Origin: an uncultured delta proteobacterium
GTDB taxonomy: Bacteria > Myxococcota_A > Polyangia > Palsa-1104
NCBI GenBank assembly: GCA_963785725.1
Contig: CAWAWS010000007.1
Coordinates: 480,001 to 544,000 of the forward strand
Reading direction: 5' to 3'
DNA: 64,000 nucleotides
Shown here: in pieces, positions 31,825 to 39,687 of the stretch
Position numbering within the stretch: position 1 is the first letter of the stretch
Layout of the letters: every line of letters starts with the position of its first letter
Position numbers and translations under genes: made by a program
The notes under the pieces: model-generated
Told to the model about the DNA's origin: nothing
Databases searched by the model: none
The model's input: the letters and a program-made list of their open reading frames with translations, nothing else

Positions 31825-33015
31825 ATGGCTGCGACGCCGTCGGTTAAGCCTCCCGTGAGCCCATCGCCTTCACCAAGCGAGCGCTGGGCGCCGCACAAGC
31901 TCGCCGCGGAGTCGCTCGCGGCGCCGACCGCGCCGCCGAGCGCGCATGCCGATCGCGTGGTCTACGGCTTCATGCAGCCGCTGTTGGGCGCGCGGCTGCT
32001 GTTCCGCGATCGCGACCTCATGCGCGCCGCGCTGTTGCCGACGGCGGTCGTGGCGGCGTTCTGCGTGCTGGTCGCGATTGTGGCGCCGTCGTCGTACCGG
32101 CCGGGCGCGATGGTGCGGCGGTTCTACCAGACGTTCGCGTTCTTGGCGCCGTTGCCGTCGCTGTTCCTGGCGAAATATTACGCGCGTATGGCGGTGCTGG
32201 CGCGGCACAAGCTCGGCTTTTCGCAGGCGCTGCCTTGCTACGAGCCGCTCCGGCGCGCGGTTTGGCGCACCGTCGGGCAGACGCTGCTCGTCGCGGTCGG
32301 GCTGATCCCGGTGACGATGGTGCTGATGCTGGTGCCGCTCGTTGGCCGGCTCGCCATCAACGCGTTGGGCGCGATGTGGGCGCTGCATTGGATCGTCGTC
32401 GACGCCTTCGACTCGACGCGCACGTTGGCGCCGGGACAAACGTTGGCCGACCTGGACGCGCTGTCGCTGGCGGCGCCGCGCCCATGGTTCGTGCGGCTGC
32501 TGGAAGCGGCGGCGGCGCGGTTGCCGTTCGGCGGCGGTCTTCTGCGTTGGTTCGCGGGCCGCTGCGATCGGCTGGCGCGGCCGTTCCGCGAGGAGATCGC
32601 GCTGGTCGAGGCGCATCCGTCGCTGATGGTGGGTTTCGCGCTGTCGACGGCGGCGCTGCTGGCGACGCCGGTGCTGCAGCTGCTGTTTCGGCCGATCGTG
32701 CTCATCGGGGCGGCCCACGTGAACGGTCGGCTGGAGCATCAGCCGCCGGCGTTGACCGATGGCGGGGCGGCGGATGGCGCGCACGGGACGGGCACGACGT
32801 CCGGCGATACCGTCGCAGCCGCGTCGCAGCATGCCGTGGCTGTTGCGATGGGCACGGCGGCCGCACACGGCGCGACGGCAGCACACGGCGGCGCCGCGTC
32901 GACGGGCGCAGCCGACACGACACGGCCGACCGCCGACGCAACGTCGGCGGCGGCAACCGCCGACGCGCCAGTCGCCGCAGCTGCGTCACCGAAAAGCACC
33001 GCCGACGACGCCTAG
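31825..33015 (+). CDS. EI24/CysZ-like membrane protein with Ala/Thr-rich tail
   Basis: YGFMQPLLGARLL, several TM helices, PVLQLLFRPIVLIGA; the family call is tentative. Confidence 0.6.
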   Translation: MAATPSVKPPVSPSPSPSERWAPHKLAAESLAAPTAPPSAHADRVVYGFMQPLLGARLLFRDRDLMRAALLPTAVVAAFCVLVAIVAPSSYRPGAMVRRFYQTFAFLAPLPSLFLAKYYARMAVLARHKLGFSQALPCYEPLRRAVWRTVGQTLLVAVGLIPVTMVLMLVPLVGRLAINALGAMWALHWIVVDAFDSTRTLAPGQTLADLDALSLAAPRPWFVRLLEAAAARLPFGGGLLRWFAGRCDRLARPFREEIALVEAHPSLMVGFALSTAALLATPVLQLLFRPIVLIGAAHVNGRLEHQPPALTDGGAADGAHGTGTTSGDTVAAASQHAVAVAMGTAAAHGATAAHGGAASTGAADTTRPTADATSAAATADAPVAAAASPKSTADDA

Positions 33016-33670
33016 CAGCTGCCGCCATCGAAGTTGACCGTCGCCATTCGAAGATTCGCACTACGAAATCAGCGGCCGAAGCTTGGCGGCCTACGGTCTT
33101 ATATGGAACGTCGATAGCTGAAGGTCGCAGCCGACAATCTCACGACGTCGATCGACTGCTGAAGACCGGCGAATGTAGCTCGTCATGTGCGCGTGCCAGC
33201 GGTCGTTGTCAGCAGACGGTCGACAGCGTCGGCGATTGAACGTCGGCGGTCGGATATCGCGTCTTGCAGGCGGCAATCCAAGGTCGACAGCCAAAGATTG
33301 CGGCTGAACGCACGAGCGTCGACAGCCGACGATCGCGGCCGAAGCAACAGCGGAAAGTCGATAGTAAAGCTCGGCGACTTCGGCAGCTGAAGCGAGGTCC
33401 GGTGGTGGAAGGTCGGCACTTGAGCTTCGACAGCTGACCGCCGGCGGTTCTACCGTCGATAGTCGAAGGCGGGACCGAGCGCTAGCACCTCGGTTTTGAT
33501 CGCCAAGGTCGGCGGTCGGCGCGGAGATGGCCGCGGGTCGGCGGCTGAACGTGAGCCGTCCAGGTTCGACAGCCGAGCGTCGGCGGTTGAAGCTTGGGTG
33601 GCCGAACGTCGGACCCGAGGTCGATGCCGCGATGAGATCGGTCGGCGCTCGGCGGCGTCAGCGACTACAA
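33015..33670. repeat. Degenerate ~14-bp minisatellite, consensus about (G/T)TCGRYRGYYGAAG
   Basis: Many copies, e.g. GTCGATAGCTGAAG, GTCGACAGCCAAAG, TTCGGCAGCTGAAG, TTCGACAGCTGACC, GTCGGCGGTTGAAG. Confidence 0.6.
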
Positions 33671-33682
33671 TTGGTGACGCAG

Positions 33683-35734
33683 GTGATTCATACTCGGCGT
33701 GTGAGACGGCTGGCTGGCTTCGGCTGCGCGCTGGCGCTGCTGGCGGCGGCGCCGTCGCCTGCGGCCGCGGACGAGCAGACGTGGGTGCACGTCGGCGACG
33801 CCGCGCGAATGACGTGCGGCACGGCCCCGGCCGGCTGGCAGCGCGCGGACTTCGACGACCGCGCGTGGGTCGAGCGGCCAATCGTCTTCGAGCGGCATGA
33901 CAACGCGGCCGCGGCGGCTGCTGTTCCAGGCGAGACGGCCGATGCGCGCGCGCCGGCTGCGGCCACCGACGCGCCGACGAGCGCAGCCGCTCCGTCGCGT
34001 GCGACAAAGCCGGCGCCGCGGACGGCCGGAGCCGGCGCGCCCTCGACCGCTTCACCGAGCGCGCTCGGCGGCGCCACCTCGTCGTCTGGCACGCGCACCG
34101 CCTCCGCGACCGACGACCTCAACCGCACGTCGACCGCCGCCGATGCAGGCGTCGCCAGCTGTGTCGGCGCCCGCTTCGTCCGCTGGCACTTCACGGCCGA
34201 TGCGCGCGCGCTCGCCGCTCTGCGCGCCCTCACGCTGCGCGTTCGTTACACCCACGGCTTCGCCGCCTACCTCGACGGCACGGAGATCGCCCGCCGTCGC
34301 CTCGACGCCACGGCCGGCCCCGACGGTCTCGCCAGCGACGTCCACGGCCTCGAGTTCGAGAGCTTCGCCCTCGCCGCGCGCGGTCTGCTTCACGCGGGTG
34401 AAAACGTCCTCGCCATCGAGGTCCATCCGCACACCGCCGGACGCGCGACGTCGCTCGAGGCCTCGCTCGGCGGCGACGAAGGCCCGCGCCTGATCCGCGG
34501 CCCTTATCTGCTCGGTGTGCGCGAAAACGAAGCGACGATCGTCGTCGACACCGACCTGCCCACGACCGTCGCGCTCGGCTGGGGATCGCGCGCCGACTAC
34601 GGCTCGACCGCCACCGATCCGCTCGGCGTCCACCACGTCATCAAGCTGACGAAGCTCAAGCCCGGCGCCGTCTACCACTACCGCGTCCGCGCTCGAATGC
34701 TCGAAAATGCGCAATTGCACAACGAAAATGCGCAAACGCAAAATGCCAATGTGCAATTGCACAATGAAGATGCCCAAACCACAAATTATAATGTGCGTTC
34801 GCACAATGAAAATGCGCAAACGCCAAATTATAATGTGCGATCGCACAATGAAGAGGCGAAGTCAGATAGTGTGAAGGAGTCTTCGGCGGCGGTGGTCGAC
34901 AGCGGCGACGTGGCGTTTCACACGCCGCCGGAATCGGGACGGCCGCTGCGCTTTGCCGTCTACGGCGACGTTCGGTCGGGGCACGACATTCACGCCGAGC
35001 TCAACCGCTCCCTCATCGAAGAGCAGCCGGATTTTGCCATCCTGACCGGCGATCTCGTCGATCGCGGCACCGACGAAGGGGAGTGGGAGAGCTTCTTCGA
35101 AGTGGCCGCGCCGCTGCTGCGTCAGGTCTGTATCTTCCCGGCGATTGGGAACCACGAGTATGCCAAGCAGGGCCATGGGCTCGCGGCGTTCATGCAATTT
35201 TTTCGCTGGCCCATCGCCGGCGCCGACGAGCCGTCTTGGTACAGCTACGACATCGCGGGCGCGCATTTCGTGGCACTGGACAGCGATCAGTACAAGTCGC
35301 CGCGGCAGCTCGGCTGGTTCGAGCACGACCTGAAGGAAGCGCGTCGCCGCCGCGTCCGCGCCATCTTCGTCTACGCGCACGAAGGGCCGGCGTCGTCGGG
35401 GCTGCACGGCGACAACCCGATCTGCGTGCGCGACTACGTGCCCATCATGCAGCGCTATCGGGTGTCGATGTTCTTCGGCGGCCACGATCACGACTACGAG
35501 CGCGGCCGCACCGGCACACTCGACTACGTCGTCACCGGCGGCGGCGGCGCCGAGCTGCGCGCGGCCAGATGCGGCGTGCCGGGAAAGCGTCCTTGTCCCG
35601 CGCGCTGCGCCATCTTCGTCAACGACCACAACTACGTCATGGTCGAGCTGCTCCCGTCGCTGTTCCGCGTCTGCCCCAAGCGCGTCGATGGCACCCCGAT
35701 CGAAGCGTGCATCCAATACCCGCTGCATCAATAA
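33683..35734 (+). CDS. Secreted purple-acid-phosphatase-like metallophosphoesterase with in-frame repeat insertion
   Basis: Signal peptide ending SPAAA, RGPYLL, FN3-like LKPGAVYHYRV, YGD, TGDLV, GNHE, GHDHDYER; start uncertain. Confidence 0.85.
   Translation: MIHTRRVRRLAGFGCALALLAAAPSPAAADEQTWVHVGDAARMTCGTAPAGWQRADFDDRAWVERPIVFERHDNAAAAAAVPGETADARAPAAATDAPTSAAAPSRATKPAPRTAGAGAPSTASPSALGGATSSSGTRTASATDDLNRTSTAADAGVASCVGARFVRWHFTADARALAALRALTLRVRYTHGFAAYLDGTEIARRRLDATAGPDGLASDVHGLEFESFALAARGLLHAGENVLAIEVHPHTAGRATSLEASLGGDEGPRLIRGPYLLGVRENEATIVVDTDLPTTVALGWGSRADYGSTATDPLGVHHVIKLTKLKPGAVYHYRVRARMLENAQLHNENAQTQNANVQLHNEDAQTTNYNVRSHNENAQTPNYNVRSHNEEAKSDSVKESSAAVVDSGDVAFHTPPESGRPLRFAVYGDVRSGHDIHAELNRSLIEEQPDFAILTGDLVDRGTDEGEWESFFEVAAPLLRQVCIFPAIGNHEYAKQGHGLAAFMQFFRWPIAGADEPSWYSYDIAGAHFVALDSDQYKSPRQLGWFEHDLKEARRRRVRAIFVYAHEGPASSGLHGDNPICVRDYVPIMQRYRVSMFFGGHDHDYERGRTGTLDYVVTGGGGAELRAARCGVPGKRPCPARCAIFVNDHNYVMVELLPSLFRVCPKRVDGTPIEACIQYPLHQ
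34706..34852. repeat. 7 x 21-bp array inside the CDS
   Basis: Encodes NAQLHNE NAQTQNA NVQLHNE DAQTTNY NVRSHNE NAQTPNY NVRSHNE; AT-rich island in a GC-rich gene. Confidence 0.95.
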
Positions 35735-35858
35735 GCGCGCGCCTAATTGTGCGTTTGCGTCATACCGGCCGCGGTGTCGCTCGCGGGCTCGTCATGCCGT
35801 GTCGTACGACTCTGTCGAGGTGAGGTGCCGTGACGATACCGGGTGACGCTGACGCGCG

Positions 35859-36530
35859 CTACGTCGTGCGCTTGATCGGCCGAGGGGCGTTCTTGCCCGT
35901 GCGCAGCGCGATGAACGCCGCTTCGTCTTTGCACAGCAGGTAAGGATTCGACGTGCGCTCCCAGCCAATCGTCGAGGTCGGCGTCTGCCCGTAATCGTGG
36001 CCCGGCCAGACGCGCGTCTCTTCCGGCAGTGACGCCAGTCGCTGCAGGCTGCGCCACATCGTCGGCGCGTCGCCGCCGGGAAAATCGGTGCGCCCACAAC
36101 CGCCGATGAACAGCGTGTCGCCGGTGAAGACGTTGCCGTCGACGAGATACGACGTTCCGGAGACGGTGTGGCCCGGCGTCGCCAGCGCCTCGATGCGCAG
36201 CGCACCGACGGCGATCGTCTCGCCGCCGCGCAACGGGGTCACCTGCGCCGAGGGCGCCGCCCGCGCCAGCGCCTCGGCCTCGCCCACGCCGACGTAGACC
36301 TTGGCGCCCGTCGCGCGCACGATCTCCTCGACGCCGTCGACGTGATCGTGATGCGTGTGCGTGACGAGGACGATCTCGATTCGCCAACCGCGCTTCGCCG
36401 CCTCTTTCAGCAGCCGATCGACCTCGAACGCCGGATCGACGACGGCGCACACACGCGCCTCGCTGTCTGCAATTAGCTCATTGAAATTACTCATCAAGCC
36501 GACTTCGGTCTGGAATATTTCGAGCGCCAT
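35859..36530 (-). CDS. MBL-fold hydrolase, glyoxalase II-like
   Basis: THTHHDH, TPGHT, FTGDTLFIGGCGRTD, PGHDY; GGAG RBS. Confidence 0.92.
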   Translation of the reverse strand: MALEIFQTEVGLMSNFNELIADSEARVCAVVDPAFEVDRLLKEAAKRGWRIEIVLVTHTHHDHVDGVEEIVRATGAKVYVGVGEAEALARAAPSAQVTPLRGGETIAVGALRIEALATPGHTVSGTSYLVDGNVFTGDTLFIGGCGRTDFPGGDAPTMWRSLQRLASLPEETRVWPGHDYGQTPTSTIGWERTSNPYLLCKDEAAFIALRTGKNAPRPIKRTT

Positions 36531-36761
36531 CTTGACTCCTCTCGCCTCGCCCTCACAACAGTAGGGTCGGGAAACGCCGCTGCACCGTACCCCCTGCGGC
36601 GCCTTGGCGGTCCGACACATTGGCTGGCTCGATCGCGCTGTACCCCCCTGCGGCGCGATCGCAGCCGGCCGTTTTTATTCGCGCGCGACCGCGTTCTCCC
36701 GTCGCCGTATGAACGCGGCTCGCTCGGCCGCGTCATGACCCGAAAGCTGGCCACCGCGCGC

Positions 36762-36851
36762 CATTGTGCAACTGCGTAATAAACAGTAATTATGCAGTTG
36801 CGTAATATCGTGGTGCATTTGCGCAATTACGTCGACGTGCGGCTGCGTCAT
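36762..36851. repeat. 4 TGC-N4-GC units upstream of metF
   Basis: TTGTGCAACTGCGTAAT, TTATGCAGTTGCGTAAT, TGGTGCATTTGCGCAAT, CGTGCGGCTGCGTCAT. Confidence 0.85.
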
Positions 36852-36880
36852 CGCGCCGAGCATGGTAGCCTTTCGCGGCC

Positions 36881-37765
36881 ATGAAGATCGTCGATCGTTT
36901 ACGGCAAGGCGGCGCGCCTTGTTTCTCCTTCGAGTTCTTTCCGCCCAAGAGCGAGGAGGGCGTGGCGCAGCTCTTCACGACGCTGCGCGAGCTGCAGGAC
37001 CTGGCGCCGGCGTTCGTCTCCGTCACCTACGGCGCGGGCGGATCGACGCGGCAGATGACGGTCGACCTCGTGTCGGCGATCAAGCGCGAAACCGGCATCG
37101 AGGCGATGGCGCACCTGACTTGTGTCGGGCATGGCCGCGCCGAGCTGGCCGAGGTGCTCGAGCGGCTGCGCGTCGCCGGCGTCGACAACGTCCTCGCGCT
37201 GCGCGGCGATCCGCCCATCGATCAGCCGACGTTCGTGACGGCGCCGGATGGCTTCAGCCACGCCAACGAGCTCATCGAGTTCATTCGCAGTCGCGATCTC
37301 CCATTCAGCCTGGGCGCTGCTTGTTATCCCGAGTCGCATTTGGAATCGACCGCGCTCGAGGACGATCTCCTGCATACGCGGCGTAAAGTCGATGCCGGCG
37401 CCGAATTCCTCATTACGCAGCTGTTCTTCGATAACGCTTATTACTTCCATTTCGTCGAGCGTGCGCGCAAAGCGGGAATTCAATGCCCGATAGTTCCCGG
37501 GCTGATGCCGATAACGAATTTCGCGCAGATCGAGCGGATTACGCGCATGTGCGGCGCGACGGTGCCGATGCGACTGCGACTGGCGCTGGAGAAGCGCAAG
37601 AACGATCCCGAGGCGATTTTGCAGCTCGGCGTGGCGCACGCGACGTTGCAAGCGGCCGATCTGTTGGCCAATGGCGCGCCGGGCGTGCACTTCTACACGC
37701 TCAATCGCTCGCGCGCGTCACGCATGATCGTGACGGCGCTGCAGGTCCAGCGTTCGAGCGACTGA
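36881..37765 (+). CDS. metF: 5,10-methylenetetrahydrofolate reductase
   Basis: SFEFFPPK, VSVTYGAGGS, AHLTC, LALRGDPP, ITQLFFD, HFYTLN. Confidence 0.97.
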   Translation: MKIVDRLRQGGAPCFSFEFFPPKSEEGVAQLFTTLRELQDLAPAFVSVTYGAGGSTRQMTVDLVSAIKRETGIEAMAHLTCVGHGRAELAEVLERLRVAGVDNVLALRGDPPIDQPTFVTAPDGFSHANELIEFIRSRDLPFSLGAACYPESHLESTALEDDLLHTRRKVDAGAEFLITQLFFDNAYYFHFVERARKAGIQCPIVPGLMPITNFAQIERITRMCGATVPMRLRLALEKRKNDPEAILQLGVAHATLQAADLLANGAPGVHFYTLNRSRASRMIVTALQVQRSSD

Positions 37766-37802
37766 TGGCCAGCGAGTCGCGACTCGATATCGAATATTCG
37801 AG

Positions 37803-37836
37803 CGACTGAGAGCCGGCGAGGCGCGGCTCTCAGTCG
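37803..37836. terminator. 13-bp perfect stem-loop downstream of metF
   Basis: CGACTGAGAGCCG-8 nt-CGGCTCTCAGTCG; no strong U-tract. Confidence 0.5.
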
Positions 37837-38175
37837 AAATACGATCGCCGCCGCGAAAATCGCGAGCGAATTAGAGCTCAGGCCTGCGACGGCAGATGGC
37901 GCGCAGTCGGCTAGCTAGGTGGCGAGATCGATTCTGTGAACGGCTTTACGTCTAGGCGACAGACGAATGCCTCAGTAGATGAGCGTCGAAGGCGACTAAC
38001 GGGCTGAATCATCGACGAGCCGGGATGCGACGGTCGCGCTGTCGGCACAGCTTCGCCATCGACAGTCGCCAGTTGAATCGACTGTCGTCCCCCATTTCTA
38101 CCGGCCCAGCCGACTTTCCGGCGTCTCGCGCGCGACCTTCGTCGACGACGATGACGCCGATCGCGACGCGCTCGA

Positions 38176-38568
38176 TTACTGCGCTGTCGCCTGCGCCATC
38201 GGGAAGTCGGCGGCGCGCAGCGCTCGCGTGACCTCCTCACACGGCGTGCCCGCCGTCAGCGCGCTCTGCTGCTGCACGACCGTCGCCTGCAGTCGCTCCG
38301 ACTTCAGGTACGTGTCCTTCAGCAGCGCCGACGGCTCACCCTGAAACGCCGGCGCTTCACATTTCTGCGCGTACGTCGCGCGGAACTGGTCGAGCTGCGT
38401 CATCAGTGCGCCATCCTCCTTCCCCGAATGGATCGTGTACGCCACCACGCCGATTCCGATCGCCAGCGTTGCCACCACGATCGCCGCGTTGCGCCCCAAA
38501 TGAGACGCCGCGCCGATCTTCAGGTGGCCTCCCGTCACGTCGCCCAAATCCCCACTCGCCACACTCAT
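38176..38568 (-). CDS. Hypothetical single-TM protein
   Basis: GGAGG upstream, one TM helix, two Cys in the soluble part. Confidence 0.75.
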   Translation of the reverse strand: MSVASGDLGDVTGGHLKIGAASHLGRNAAIVVATLAIGIGVVAYTIHSGKEDGALMTQLDQFRATYAQKCEAPAFQGEPSALLKDTYLKSERLQATVVQQQSALTAGTPCEEVTRALRAADFPMAQATAQ

Positions 38569-38641
38569 CGTCGCCCTCCGTGGCGCCGCTCGGACGCCTC
38601 TACTTGGACCCTGCGCCCGACCCCAACCGCTGTCAAGCTCG

Positions 38642-38903
38642 GTTGTGCGACTGCATAATAAAAATGTGCAACCGCGTTATAAATTCACAGCTGCAGCGAA
38701 ACAGAGGCCTCGACGTGGCTTCCGCTCAATCGCGAACGAGGTTTCGGGCGGTCAACGTGCAAAAGCAAAATATCGCGCAGAGCGTCATCGGCGATCGCGG
38801 CCGCGACTTGGTCGCGGGCGGACGACGCGGCGGCGGTCGCCCCGGCGTCGCAAATTGTGCGATCGCACCATGTTTGCGGTGCATTTGCACAATATGTTAG
38901 CCT
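38642..38903 (+). promoter_or_regulatory. Cluster of TGC-N4-GC units and putative promoter of the PhaR-like gene
   Basis: Units near 38646, 38667, 38758, 38858 and 38880; TTGCGG(38874)-N18-TAGCCT(38898) with an extended TG, and GGTGCATTTGCACAAT occupying the spacer. Confidence 0.65.
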
Positions 38904-38923
38904 GCGTTCGATCGGAGGCCGGC

Positions 38924-39535
38924 GTGAGCAGCAAGGCGAGAGCGGCGAAGGGCAATAAAGGCGGCAGCGTCAAGTCGGCCGGCGCGCGCGCCGGTAAGCC
39001 GACCGCGACGGCCGAGGTCAAACGCAAGCGAGGGCGGCCGCCGCGGGCGCAGGCGGAGGCGACGCAGCAGGCGTTTCCCGGCGAGCGCATGATCCATCGC
39101 TACGGCAATCGTCGCTTTTACGATCTGGCGCAGTCGCGCGCGGTCACGATGGAGCAGATCGGCGACCTCGTCCGCGACAAGCAGAACGTGCGCATCCTCG
39201 ACGTCGAGCGCGGCAACGCCGACATCACGCGCCGGGTGATGCTGCAGATCTTGATGGAGTCGGGCGCGCAGCTGGACGCCGTTCCCGTCGAGTTTCTGCG
39301 CAAGCTCATCGTGCCGTTCGAGAAGCACACGGCCGGCTGGGTGCACAATTACCTGACGAAGGGGCTCGATTCGTTGGAGCGCGCCGAGCGGCAGGGCAAG
39401 GTGCCGGACAGCGACGGGCCGATGGCGAAGGGCGTCGTGGAGTACGTGCCGCAGGCCGACTACCGGCAGCAAATGGCCAAGGCCGACATCACGCGCAAGA
39501 TCGACGAGCTGCGCCGCAAGCTCGACGATATCTAG
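38924..39535 (+). CDS. PhaR-family DNA-binding regulator with N-terminal AT-hook-like motif
   Basis: GGAGG RBS before GTG; KRKRGRPPR; IHRYGNRRFYDLAQSRAVTMEQIGDLVRD...DITRRVMLQILME matches the PhaR N-terminal pattern IKKYxNRRLYD...DxTRxxLxQII. Confidence 0.85.
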   Translation: MSSKARAAKGNKGGSVKSAGARAGKPTATAEVKRKRGRPPRAQAEATQQAFPGERMIHRYGNRRFYDLAQSRAVTMEQIGDLVRDKQNVRILDVERGNADITRRVMLQILMESGAQLDAVPVEFLRKLIVPFEKHTAGWVHNYLTKGLDSLERAERQGKVPDSDGPMAKGVVEYVPQADYRQQMAKADITRKIDELRRKLDDI

Positions 39536-39687
39536 CCCGCGGCGCCTGTTTCGCCGCGTCGACGGCGCGGGCTCGTGGGCGGCGCTCGACTTGGAGTGAC
39601 CTCGCGTCGAGGCGCGCTACTTCACGCGAACGTGACCTACGGCGCACGGACCTGCGATCGGCGCGACCGAGAATCGCCGCGCGGCTG

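Noticed and set aside
36660..36880. SAM riboswitch upstream of metF
   Set aside because: No recognisable SAM riboswitch core motifs; the region is occupied by repeat units and a predicted -10 close to the start codon.
38645..38923. N-terminal extension of the PhaR-like ORF as given in the ORF track
   Set aside because: It is the translated repeat/promoter region; a GGAGG RBS precedes GTG 38924.
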